Source: Sinorhizobium meliloti
GTDB lineage: Bacteria > Pseudomonadota > Alphaproteobacteria > Rhizobiales > Rhizobiaceae
DNA: 32,000 nt
Assembly: GCF_017876815.1 (NCBI RefSeq)
Contig: NZ_JAGIOS010000002.1
Coordinates: 1,050,001 to 1,082,000, forward strand
Reading direction: 5' to 3'
Under the pieces are notes generated by a model. It was not told where the DNA came from. It made no database searches and worked only from the letters and a program-made list of their open reading frames with translations. The translations under genes and the position numbers were made by a program. This document shows, in pieces, positions 15,843 through 24,172 of this stretch; position 1 is the stretch's first letter; the number at the start of each line of letters is the position of its first letter.

Positions 15843-16922
15843 ATGCGTATTGGTATTCTCGGCGCCGGGGCGATCGCCTTCGGCATGGCGGCTTTCCTGG
15901 CAAAAGCCGGTCATCACCCCGTTCTGTGGTCTCCTTCGGGTGCGCGCACGCGCAAACTGGCCGCGAGGGAGCCGCTGACGGCGACAGGCGCCGTCGAGTT
16001 TTCCGGCCCGGTGGCGGTTGCCCATGACGGACGCGAGGCGGTCGCCGATGTGGACGCGGTCATCGTCGCCCTGCCGGCCAATGGTCATCGCGTGGCGTTC
16101 GATGCCGCGGTGCCGCACCTGAAGTCCGGCCAGCCTGTGATCGTCAGCTCGCACAGCTCCTTCGGCGCGCTCTATCTTTCGAAGCGGCTGGCCGAACGGG
16201 GCGTTTCCCTGCCCATCATCGTCTGGGGCACGACCCTTCTGACCGGCCGCCAGCAGCCGGACGGCGCAAGCGTTTCCGTCAATACGGTCCGCCAGAAAAT
16301 CGACGTCGCCACTTTGCCGAAGGCTGCCGCAGCCGAGGGGAAAGCGCTGTGCACCGAACTCTTCGGCGACCGCTTCGTCGAGCGCGACGGACTTCTGGCC
16401 ATCTCGCTTTCCAACCTCAACCCGCAGAACCATTTGGGCATCGCGCTTCTCAACCTGACCCGCATGGAGAAGGGCGAGAAATGGGGACAGGGCGAGCATG
16501 TGACCCCGGCTGTCGGACAATTGATCGAAGCGCTCGACGCGGAGCGTCTGAAGATCGCCGAAAGCTTCGGTCTGTCGGTCAGAACCGTACGCGAACATTT
16601 CTCCCTATCCTTCCATGTGCCGATCGGCACGGTCTCCGACATGAACCAGCAGATGCACCTCGAAGGGCGGGGCGGTTTCGGCCCGGCGACGGCCGACAGC
16701 CGGTACATCTATGAGGACGTGCCCTTCGGTCTCGTCCCCACCAGTCTGCTTGGACGGATCGCCGGCCGGCCCGCTGTTCTGCACGAAGCCGGAACGAGCC
16801 TGTTTTCCGCTGCAATGAACCGCAACCTCGCGGCCGATAACGACCTGTTGCCGGAGCTTGCGCTCGACAGTTTCTCGCCCGCGGCCCTCAGAGAGCTTTG
16901 CGACCAGGGTTTCACGGCCTGA
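15843..16922 (+). CDS. NAD(P)-dependent opine (octopine/nopaline) dehydrogenase family protein
   Basis: MRIGILGAGAIAFGMAAFLAKAGH is an N-terminal Rossmann GxGxxG motif, so I chose the internal ATG at 15843 over 15789. The central and C-terminal region LSNLNPQNHLGIALLNLTRMEKGEKW resembles the opine dehydrogenase helical domain. Confidence 0.75.
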   Translation: MRIGILGAGAIAFGMAAFLAKAGHHPVLWSPSGARTRKLAAREPLTATGAVEFSGPVAVAHDGREAVADVDAVIVALPANGHRVAFDAAVPHLKSGQPVIVSSHSSFGALYLSKRLAERGVSLPIIVWGTTLLTGRQQPDGASVSVNTVRQKIDVATLPKAAAAEGKALCTELFGDRFVERDGLLAISLSNLNPQNHLGIALLNLTRMEKGEKWGQGEHVTPAVGQLIEALDAERLKIAESFGLSVRTVREHFSLSFHVPIGTVSDMNQQMHLEGRGGFGPATADSRYIYEDVPFGLVPTSLLGRIAGRPAVLHEAGTSLFSAAMNRNLAADNDLLPELALDSFSPAALRELCDQGFTA

Positions 16923-16940
16923 CGGCGAGCAGGCGTGCGC

Positions 16941-17648
16941 CTATCTCACGATCAGAAAGGCCCCGCTGGCCAGCGCGAAGGTAAGCACGCCGAGGCGCAG
17001 GCCGCGGCCGCGAATATGGTCGTGCGTCAGCCGCGACAGAGCGCTTCCGAGGAGAACCGCCGGTGCGAGGTAGAGTGCGGCCAATAGCTGGTCCGCTCCG
17101 AGCCGTCCTGCAAAGGCGAGTATCACGAGCGACATGATTTCGCCCACGAAGAAGCACACCGCCACGGTTGCCCTGAGTATCGGCCCCTGGGCATGCTGGT
17201 AAAGGAGAGCGAGCGGCGGTCCGCCAATGCCGGTCGCCGTTTCGGTCACACCGGTGAACAATCCGACGCCGAGCGCGCTCGGGCGGCCCGGTTCGAAGGG
17301 CGGCGCGAAGAGCGCGGCGGCAGCGGCAATGACCGTGAACCAGCCGACGGCCAGGTCGAGCTGCTGGGTCGAGAGCGCGGCGAGCAGCCACACGCCGGCA
17401 AAGGTGCCAGCGAACCTGCCGAGCGTGATCCATTTCGCGCCGGACCAGTCGACCGCCGACCGTTCCCGCCAGGCGACGTGGAAGTTGAGCGGCAGCATCA
17501 AAAGAAGCAGCGTCACCGGCAGGAGATCGGGCTTCAGGATGCCGACGACGGGTGCCACGATAAGTGCGAAACCGATGCCGAGCGCACCCTGGATGAACGA
17601 CGAGACGAGCGTGACGGCGCTCAGGATTGCAAAAAGGCCGAGGGTCAT
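16941..17648 (-). CDS. Sulfite exporter TauE/SafE family membrane protein
   Basis: The 235-aa form starts MTLGLFAILSAVTLVSSFIQGALGIGFALIVAP and is polytopic. Its ATG overlaps the upstream stop as ATGA at 17645-17648. The 70-aa N-terminal extension in the ORF track is Arg/Gly-rich and lies inside the upstream gene. Confidence 0.85.
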   Translation of the reverse strand: MTLGLFAILSAVTLVSSFIQGALGIGFALIVAPVVGILKPDLLPVTLLLLMLPLNFHVAWRERSAVDWSGAKWITLGRFAGTFAGVWLLAALSTQQLDLAVGWFTVIAAAAALFAPPFEPGRPSALGVGLFTGVTETATGIGGPPLALLYQHAQGPILRATVAVCFFVGEIMSLVILAFAGRLGADQLLAALYLAPAVLLGSALSRLTHDHIRGRGLRLGVLTFALASGAFLIVR

Positions 17649-19045
17649 GCGAAATGCCCCAGCGCCCGATGCTCGGCCGATGGCTTGTGGACGCGCTGGA
17701 TCGGCGCCCTTGCGATGGCATCGGCCGTGACCTCGCGCACCTCTGCAAGAAGCGCCCGTGCATCCCATCCGACGGGCCAGCCCTGCCAGAGACGGAGCTG
17801 CCCGGCGGTGAAGACCGCGTCGATCTGGTCGCGATTGCCGTAGCGCACGAGCTCCCACATGAGATCGTGGGAGGGGGTGAATTCAGGACGATCCAGGTCG
17901 ACCAGAAGGAAATCGGCGGCAAGCCCCTCGCGGATCGCACCGGTCACCCCGGCGAGAGCCGCGGCGTCCGCAGCCTGAGCGGTTGCCCGCTCGACCCAGA
18001 GCCAGCCGCCGCCGCAAGAGGAGTCGCCTGTCGCAAGGCCGAAGCCGGCGCGTTGCAAGCCTTCGGCGGCATCCATCAGACGGAAGCCGTCGGCGCGCGT
18101 CCCGTCCGTTCCCAGTCCGAAGCGGATGCCGAGTGCGGCCATCTGCAGGGCGGGCGCGATGGCATTGCCCTTCCAGAGGCTCGCGACCGGATTGTAGGCG
18201 ACGGCCGTGCCGCTGTCGCGCAAAAGGTTCAGCTCGTGCGGCGTCACCAGCGTCGAATGGGCGATCAACACATGCGGGCCGAGGGCGCCGAGATGGGCGA
18301 GATGCTCCAGCGGGCGGCGGCCGTTTGCGACCAGCGAGCGCTCGACGGCGACGAGGTGTTCGTTGACATGGGTCTGGAATACCGCTCCCGCCTCACGTGC
18401 CATCCGGGAAACGTCGGCCAGCATATGGTCGCTGGCCGCCTCCGGAATGGAAATGGCGAGCGAGGCATGAACGAGAGGGTCGCCCTCGAATGCGGCCAGG
18501 TGCCTGGCCGCATTTTTGAGGATCGTCGCGCGTTCGGGGACGACGGCGGCTCCGCCGAGGTCGTTGCAGATCAGGCCTATGACGCTGCGCAGGCCGGTTT
18601 GCCGCGCCGCCCGTATCAGCGCATTGATATGGCCGGCTGAACGCGTGCCCGCATCGACGGCGGCGGTAAAGCCGCCGCGCAGGCACTCGAGCGCCGCAAG
18701 CTTTGCGGAAAGATAAACCATCCGTTCGTCGAGGCTGCCTTCGAGCGGCACCCATATCCGGCGAAAGATCTCGGAAGGCTCGCCGAAGACAAGCGATTTG
18801 CCGAGCGACTGGGTCAGATGGGTGTGTGTATCGATGAAGCCAGGCATCACCAGATGATGCGGCAGCTCGATCGGTGTCAGATCCGGGTTCCGGCTGCCGA
18901 CAAGCCCTGCGGCACCAATGTCCGTGAAGCGTCCGTCCCGGACCACCACCCCCATTCCGGATCGAGGCCCGTCCGGCAGGAGAACCTTGCCGGGGTGAAG
19001 CAGGAAATCACCGCTGCCGGGTAACTTGTCGCGCAATTCCGTCAC
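17645..19045 (-). CDS. Metal-dependent amidohydrolase (chlorohydrolase / aminohydrolase / deaminase subgroup)
   Basis: 466-aa ORF with a GTG start and an AAGGGGA Shine-Dalgarno-like sequence upstream. Motifs are PGFIDTHTHL (HxH), THVNEH and GLGTDG. Confidence 0.85.
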   Translation of the reverse strand: MTELRDKLPGSGDFLLHPGKVLLPDGPRSGMGVVVRDGRFTDIGAAGLVGSRNPDLTPIELPHHLVMPGFIDTHTHLTQSLGKSLVFGEPSEIFRRIWVPLEGSLDERMVYLSAKLAALECLRGGFTAAVDAGTRSAGHINALIRAARQTGLRSVIGLICNDLGGAAVVPERATILKNAARHLAAFEGDPLVHASLAISIPEAASDHMLADVSRMAREAGAVFQTHVNEHLVAVERSLVANGRRPLEHLAHLGALGPHVLIAHSTLVTPHELNLLRDSGTAVAYNPVASLWKGNAIAPALQMAALGIRFGLGTDGTRADGFRLMDAAEGLQRAGFGLATGDSSCGGGWLWVERATAQAADAAALAGVTGAIREGLAADFLLVDLDRPEFTPSHDLMWELVRYGNRDQIDAVFTAGQLRLWQGWPVGWDARALLAEVREVTADAIARAPIQRVHKPSAEHRALGHFA

Positions 19046-19104
19046 TTTTGTATTCCCCTTAAATTTCGGCTTCGACGCTGGCTGCGGCCTTTTCGGCGGC
19101 GCCC

Positions 19105-19201
19105 GAGAGCATTCCCGCTTTGAACCGCGGAAATGCTCACCCTTTGTTTTGTCGCTATTCCGGACGAAAAACCGCTGCGCACTTTTCCTGGAATTGCTCT
19201 A
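19105..19201 (-). repeat. ~100-nt structured intergenic repeat, copy A (minus orientation), overlapping the last 15 codons and stop of the NCS2 gene
   Basis: The minus strand reads TAGAGCAATTCCAGGAAAAGTGCGCAGCGGTTTTTCGTCCGGAA followed by the hairpin GAGCATTTCCGC / GCGGGAATGCTC (19107-19138). The first 44 nt match copy B (31491-31534) at 35 of 44 positions. Confidence 0.65.
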
Positions 19202-20504
19202 GAGGCAGGTGTTGAAAAAAAGCGTTCACAATCACCGCCGTGATGGTGCCGGCGGCAAGGCCGTTCGCCAGGATCATCTGGCTCCATTGCGGAAACTGGC
19301 TGTAGACGCCCGGGACCAGGATCGGCAGTAGCCCCATGGAAAGCGCAGCTGCCAGAGTGAACATCGGGCCGTGCTCGCGCAGATCGACGCGACGCAGAAG
19401 ATCGATCCCGATCACGCCGATGATCGAGAACACGATCACGGCCGTTCCACCGACGACGGGGCCGGGCAGGGCATTCGCCAAACGGCCGACCGGCGCAAAC
19501 AGGGCGATGAGGACGAGGATCACGCCGGCCGTTGCGGTGACGTAGCGGGACTTGACGTTGGTTGCCCGGACGATACCCACGTTTTCACCGCTGGTGATGA
19601 TAAGCGAGGTTCCGAACAGGCCGCCGACGAGCGAGGCGACGGCGTCGCCGCGGATGGTTGCGGGCACGATCGCGTGAGCGTCGCCCCGACGCCCGACGAT
19701 CTCGGCCGTGGCGATGGTCTGCCCCGTCGCTTCGGCCATCGATATGATCGAAAACACGATCAGCGGAAGGGCGGCGAAAAAGTCGAACTTCGGCATTCCG
19801 AACGGAAGAAGCTGGGGCATGGCAATCACCGGTCCGTCGAAGATGCCGGAAAGGTCCATATACCCGGCTCCGATGGCGATGGCCGAACCCGCGATGAGGC
19901 CGAGCATCACCGAGATCCGCTGAAGCGTGCCCGTGAAGACTCTCGCGAAGATCACCGTCAGCGCGATCGTCGCAAGGGCAAGCCCGACATTCATCGGATC
20001 GGCGAAGCCTTCGCTCCCCTGCTTGCCGGTGATCGTGCCGCCGTAGATGCGCACGAGGTTTACCGATACGAGAAGAAGCATCGTCCCGACCACGATGGGC
20101 GGAAAATAGCGCAGCAGCCGTCGGAATACCGGCAGCGCCAGGAAGTAGAAGCCTGCCGTGAGGATCACCGCGCCGACGGCCGTCTGCACGTCGGTCTGCT
20201 GGGCGATGGCCAGAAAGATCGCGATCGGAGCGCCACCCGGCACCATGATGAACGGCAGCCGCGCGCCGAAGCCAGCCGGCCCGAAACTCTGCAGGATGGT
20301 GCCCAGTCCGCAGATCAGAAATGTCGCGCTGATCAGCGATACCGTCAGGGCGTCGGAAAACCCGAGCGCCTTGCTTACGAGAAATACGGCGGTAATCGGC
20401 GAAGCAGCCATCACCAGCACATGCTGAAGACCGAACAGAAGCAGGCTGCGCGGCGGCAGCACTTCGTCCGTCGGGTCGATAGAATCGATTTTGTTCCCGG
20501 TCAT
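19155..20504 (-). CDS. Nucleobase:cation symporter-2 (NCS2) family permease, xanthine/uracil type
   Basis: The ATG at 20504 is preceded by GGAGGAG with a 6-nt spacer. The sequence starts MTGNKIDSIDPTDEVLPPRSLLLFGLQHVLVMAA and is polytopic. The track's upstream start at 20591 has no Shine-Dalgarno sequence. Confidence 0.9.
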   Translation of the reverse strand: MTGNKIDSIDPTDEVLPPRSLLLFGLQHVLVMAASPITAVFLVSKALGFSDALTVSLISATFLICGLGTILQSFGPAGFGARLPFIMVPGGAPIAIFLAIAQQTDVQTAVGAVILTAGFYFLALPVFRRLLRYFPPIVVGTMLLLVSVNLVRIYGGTITGKQGSEGFADPMNVGLALATIALTVIFARVFTGTLQRISVMLGLIAGSAIAIGAGYMDLSGIFDGPVIAMPQLLPFGMPKFDFFAALPLIVFSIISMAEATGQTIATAEIVGRRGDAHAIVPATIRGDAVASLVGGLFGTSLIITSGENVGIVRATNVKSRYVTATAGVILVLIALFAPVGRLANALPGPVVGGTAVIVFSIIGVIGIDLLRRVDLREHGPMFTLAAALSMGLLPILVPGVYSQFPQWSQMILANGLAAGTITAVIVNAFFQHLPLEQFQEKCAAVFRPE

Positions 20505-20540
20505 TTGATCTCCTCCACGCCAGCCTCTCTCCCGCTGGCT

Positions 20541-20558
20541 ATGCAAATCGTTTTGCAT
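20541..20558. promoter_or_regulatory. LacI-family operator-like palindrome O1
   Basis: ATGCAAATCGTTTTGCAT is symmetric at 16 of 18 positions around a central CG (the AAnCGnTT core). It lies 37 nt upstream of the NCS2 start. Confidence 0.5.
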
Positions 20559-20585
20559 AGCGCGTGGTAGCACATTTTTTCTCGC

Positions 20586-20602
20586 TAGCAAATCGATTTG
20601 TA
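20586..20602. promoter_or_regulatory. LacI-family operator-like palindrome O2
   Basis: TAGCAAATCGATTTGTA has a perfect AATCGATT core and 6 of 7 matching arms. It lies upstream of the LacI gene. Confidence 0.45.
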
Positions 20603-20655
20603 AAAGCCGCGTCGCAATGCCATCATCCGGGCCGGTTCATGGACGGGGTGTTCGG

Positions 20656-21651
20656 ATGACAAGATCGACGATCGTGGAATTGGCGAAGGCGGCGGGCGTA
20701 TCGCCGACCACGGTTTCCCACGCCTTCAGCGGACGGCGCTATGTCGACCCCGAGACGAAAGCCAGAATCGTAGCGCTGGCCGACAAGATGGGCTACCGGG
20801 CCAATCCCCGGGCCCGCAGGCTCCGGACGGGCGGGGCGGGGATCATCGCCCTGGCATCGTCAATGCCCTTTGCGGTCGCTGCGGGCCCGGCGAGGCTGGG
20901 TTTTCTGATGGAGATCGCCGCCGCCGCGGCCGTTACGGCGCTTTCGCGGCATCTCGCCCTCTGCCTGGTGCCGCCTTTGGAGCCCGACTCCAACCTCGAC
21001 GCGCTGGAAGTCGACGGCGCCATAATCGTCGAACCCATGGTCGAAGACCGCTTACTGGAATTCTTCTCTGCCCGCGGCGTACCCGTTGTCTCGATCGGAC
21101 GGGCGCCGGGGAGGGAGGACATTCCGTCGGTGGATATCCAGAGCACAGCGACGGCCCGGCTGATGCTGGAGCACCTTGGCGCAAACAGCCGCCGCGTCGG
21201 CCTGATCACCGGCGAGCAGCGGCGCAATTCCTACATCGAGACCGAAGCTGCCTATGCGGCTTTCGCCGCGGAGAGAGGATATTCACCGGTTGCGTTGCGT
21301 GTCGACGAAAGCGGCGGCGAATCCGAAGCGGCCGCGGCTGCCGAAAGGCTCCTGCGAAACAATCCGGATATCGACGCGTTATGCGTGCCTGTCGACGCTT
21401 TCGCCAGGGGCGTGCTCGATGCCGCCCGGTTGCTCGACCGTCCCGTTCCGCAGGGGCTGCGACTAGCGACGCGATACGACGGGATGCGGGCAAAACTCGC
21501 GACGCCGCAATTGACGGCTGTCAACCTGCACCTGGATCAGGTCGCGGAAGCGGCGATCGACCTGCTGATCGCAGCGATGGAGGGCAAGGAGCCCCAGCCG
21601 CACGCGATCGCCCCGCCGCAACTTGTCGTGCGGGAATCCTCGGCGGCATGA
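20656..21651 (+). CDS. LacI family transcriptional regulator
   Basis: MTRSTIVELAKAAGVSPTTVSHAFSGRRYVDPETKARIVALADKMGYRAN is a canonical LacI HTH, followed by a periplasmic-binding-fold C-terminal part. An alternative ATG lies at 20617. Confidence 0.9.
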   Translation: MTRSTIVELAKAAGVSPTTVSHAFSGRRYVDPETKARIVALADKMGYRANPRARRLRTGGAGIIALASSMPFAVAAGPARLGFLMEIAAAAAVTALSRHLALCLVPPLEPDSNLDALEVDGAIIVEPMVEDRLLEFFSARGVPVVSIGRAPGREDIPSVDIQSTATARLMLEHLGANSRRVGLITGEQRRNSYIETEAAYAAFAAERGYSPVALRVDESGGESEAAAAAERLLRNNPDIDALCVPVDAFARGVLDAARLLDRPVPQGLRLATRYDGMRAKLATPQLTAVNLHLDQVAEAAIDLLIAAMEGKEPQPHAIAPPQLVVRESSAA

Positions 21652-21658
21652 CTGCCGC

Positions 21659-24172
21659 TCATTTGCGCGCGGCCCCCGTCAGGCCGGCTTCGCTGCGATC
21701 GGCCCTTTTGCGCGCGAACTGTAAGCCGGCAATTCCCGCGGTCACAGCCAGCGCGATACCCACCGGGATGGCGCTTGACGGTTGCTCGGCTTTTCTCAGC
21801 ACTGCGACGATGTCAAAGCCGACATCGAGGCCGATGCGCTTTGCATAGGAGCCGAAGTCGACATTGCTGATCATCAGACTCTCGCCCGCCGGTGTGACCG
21901 TGAGCCCGATCGATTGCAGCCGTTGAAGCGGTTCGCCGGGCTCGCCGAGCGGCACGTTGACGGTCTTGCGGACCTCGTCGCCCATCAGGTCGAAGCCCTG
22001 GACCACGAAGTTGATCCGGCTTTTCGCCGGAGCCTCCTCGACAGCTCGCAGGAATTCTGAGGCGGGCAGTTCTTCATAGGGCGGCGAGATCTGGTTGAGC
22101 CACCAATCGGGACGGAACAGCGTGAAGCAGACGAGCAGCAGCACCGCGCTCTCCCACAACCGGCTCTTTGTCACGAACCAGTTCATCGTCGCGGCCGAGA
22201 AAATGAGGATCGCAGCGAGCGATATGGCCGCCACCCAGATCGTATGCGCCCAGGTGTCGACGCCGATCAGCAGGATCGCCGGGTTGAATATGAAAACGAA
22301 CGGGAGGATCGCGGTGCGCAGAGAATAGAGCGCACCCTGAAAGCCCGTGGCGATCGGGTCTTCCTTGGAAATCGCCGCCGCGGCGAAGGCAGCCAGCCCA
22401 ACCGGCGGCGTGATGTCGGCCATGATTCCGAAATAGAAAACGAAGAGGTGGACTGCGATCAGCGGTATGGCGAGGCCCGCCTGCGAGCCGAGCTCGACGA
22501 CGACCGGCGCCATCAGGGTGGCCACCAGGATGTAATTGGCGGTGGTCGGAATTCCCATGCCGAGCACTAGGCTGATCGCGGCGATGAGGATCAGCATCAT
22601 GATGACGTTGCCGCCCGAAATGAACTCGACGAGCTCCGTCATCATCAGGCCGAGGCCCGTGAGCGTGATCGTTCCGACGACGATACCGGCGGTGGCAGTG
22701 GCGACCGCGATGCCGATCATGTTGCGGGCACCGAGCGCCAGGCCGTCGGTCAGGTCCCAGGCGGCGGCGCGGACCGAACCAGCAACATCCTCCTTCCGGA
22801 AGATCGCCATCAGCGGCTTGCGGGTGGCGACGATGGCGATGATCGTCAGCGTTGCCCAGAAGGCCGAAAGCCCGGGCGAAAGCTGCTCGACCATCAGGCA
22901 CCAGAGCAGGACGACGATCGGGATGAGGAAATCCAGCCCGGTCCGCGTCACATCCCATGCCCGCGGCAGTTCCAGGATCGGCGCGTCTGGATCGTCGAGC
23001 TCCAGGTCCGGATAGCGCGACGAGTACCAGATCGTCGCGATGTAGAGCGCCACGCCGGCAATCGCGAGCAGCAGAGGCGCGCTTTCTCCGAATGCGGCCC
23101 GAATGGCGATGATTCCGTAATAGAGAAGGCAGATTGCCAGCACGCTGCCGGCAAGTCCGAGGCCCATGCGAAGCCACCGCTCGCGCATCGGAGTCGGACG
23201 CTGGGGGATCGGCTGCATGTTCAGCTTCACCGCCTCCAGATGCACCATGTAGAGAAGCGCTATGTAGGAGAAGACCGCCGGCAGCAGCGCATGCTTGACG
23301 ATTTCCGAGTAGGGAATGCCGACATATTCGACCATCAGGAATGCCGCGGCTCCCATGACGGGCGGCATGATCTGGCCGTTAATCGAGGCCGAAGCCTCGA
23401 TCGCGCCGGCCTTCACGCCGGAAAGCCCGGTGCGCTTCATCAGCGGAATGGTGAAGATGCCGCCCGACACGACGTTGGAGACCGACGAGCCGGAAACGAC
23501 GCCGTTCAAGGCCGACGAGACGACCGCCACCTTGGCCGGGCCGCCGCGCAGATGGCCGAGCAGCGCGATGGAGATCTGCATCATCCAGTTTCCGGCACCG
23601 GCCTTCTCGAGCAGCGTTCCGAAGAGGACGAAGAGGAAAACGAAACTCGTCGACACGCCGAGCGCAATGCCGAAAACGCCCTCCGTCGTCAGCCATTGAT
23701 GGTTGATGAACTTAACCAGCGAAGCGCCGCGATGCTGGATGACGTCGGGCATGTACTGGCCGGCAAAAGTGTAGAAGATGAAGACGCCGGCGACGAAGAC
23801 CATCGGCAGGCCGAGCGCGCGGCGCGTGGCCTCGAGCAGGAGCAGGATGCCTGCAGTGCCGGTGACGAGATCGAGCGTCGAGGGCTGGCCGGGCCGTCCG
23901 GCAAGCTCGCCATAAAAAAGGAACAGATAGGCGCCCGCGAAGGCGCCGAGCGCCCCGAGCACCCAATCGGCGAGCGGCACCCGGTCGCGCGGCGAACTTT
24001 TCAGCGCGGGATAGGCAAGGAAGGTCAGGAACAGCGCGAAACCGAGATGGATGGCGCGAGCTTCGGTATCGTTGAGAATGCCGAAGCCGAAGACGAAGGG
24101 CAGGGGAGACGCGTACCAGAGCTGGAACAGCGACCATGCCACAGCGGTGCAGAGCAATATCTGCCCGGTCAA
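21659..24172 (-). CDS. TAXI-type TRAP transporter fused permease (4TM/12TM fusion) with an extra C-terminal soluble-looking domain. The true start is probably upstream, near 24259.
   Basis: 837-aa polytopic ORF immediately downstream of a TAXI receptor gene. The track start is a TTG with no usable Shine-Dalgarno sequence, and the in-frame upstream sequence encodes ...SELQERKVDVDLEQLVAEADTGGRNAKG. Confidence 0.9.
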   Translation of the reverse strand: MTGQILLCTAVAWSLFQLWYASPLPFVFGFGILNDTEARAIHLGFALFLTFLAYPALKSSPRDRVPLADWVLGALGAFAGAYLFLFYGELAGRPGQPSTLDLVTGTAGILLLLEATRRALGLPMVFVAGVFIFYTFAGQYMPDVIQHRGASLVKFINHQWLTTEGVFGIALGVSTSFVFLFVLFGTLLEKAGAGNWMMQISIALLGHLRGGPAKVAVVSSALNGVVSGSSVSNVVSGGIFTIPLMKRTGLSGVKAGAIEASASINGQIMPPVMGAAAFLMVEYVGIPYSEIVKHALLPAVFSYIALLYMVHLEAVKLNMQPIPQRPTPMRERWLRMGLGLAGSVLAICLLYYGIIAIRAAFGESAPLLLAIAGVALYIATIWYSSRYPDLELDDPDAPILELPRAWDVTRTGLDFLIPIVVLLWCLMVEQLSPGLSAFWATLTIIAIVATRKPLMAIFRKEDVAGSVRAAAWDLTDGLALGARNMIGIAVATATAGIVVGTITLTGLGLMMTELVEFISGGNVIMMLILIAAISLVLGMGIPTTANYILVATLMAPVVVELGSQAGLAIPLIAVHLFVFYFGIMADITPPVGLAAFAAAAISKEDPIATGFQGALYSLRTAILPFVFIFNPAILLIGVDTWAHTIWVAAISLAAILIFSAATMNWFVTKSRLWESAVLLLVCFTLFRPDWWLNQISPPYEELPASEFLRAVEEAPAKSRINFVVQGFDLMGDEVRKTVNVPLGEPGEPLQRLQSIGLTVTPAGESLMISNVDFGSYAKRIGLDVGFDIVAVLRKAEQPSSAIPVGIALAVTAGIAGLQFARKRADRSEAGLTGAARK

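Noticed and set aside
15114-16598. 494-aa minus-strand ORF across the LysR/opine-DH divergent region; similar long antisense ORFs at 17627-18640 (+), 19371-20570 (+), 23240-24403 (+), 24258-25328 (+), 25981-26904 (-) and 26762-27976 (-)
   Set aside because: All are antisense to, or overlap, genes with clear family signatures. Several cross promoter regions. Their amino-acid composition is typical of GC-rich non-coding frames.
17649-17858. N-terminal extensions offered by the ORF track: TauE 16941-17858, opine DH from 15789, DctP from 26750, NCS2 from 20591, the DUF2188-like gene from 25328 and NanA from 30552
   Set aside because: The extensions overlap upstream genes or intergenic DNA and are Arg/Pro-rich. 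They precede internal starts that have good Shine-Dalgarno sequences, signal peptides or the canonical family N-termini.
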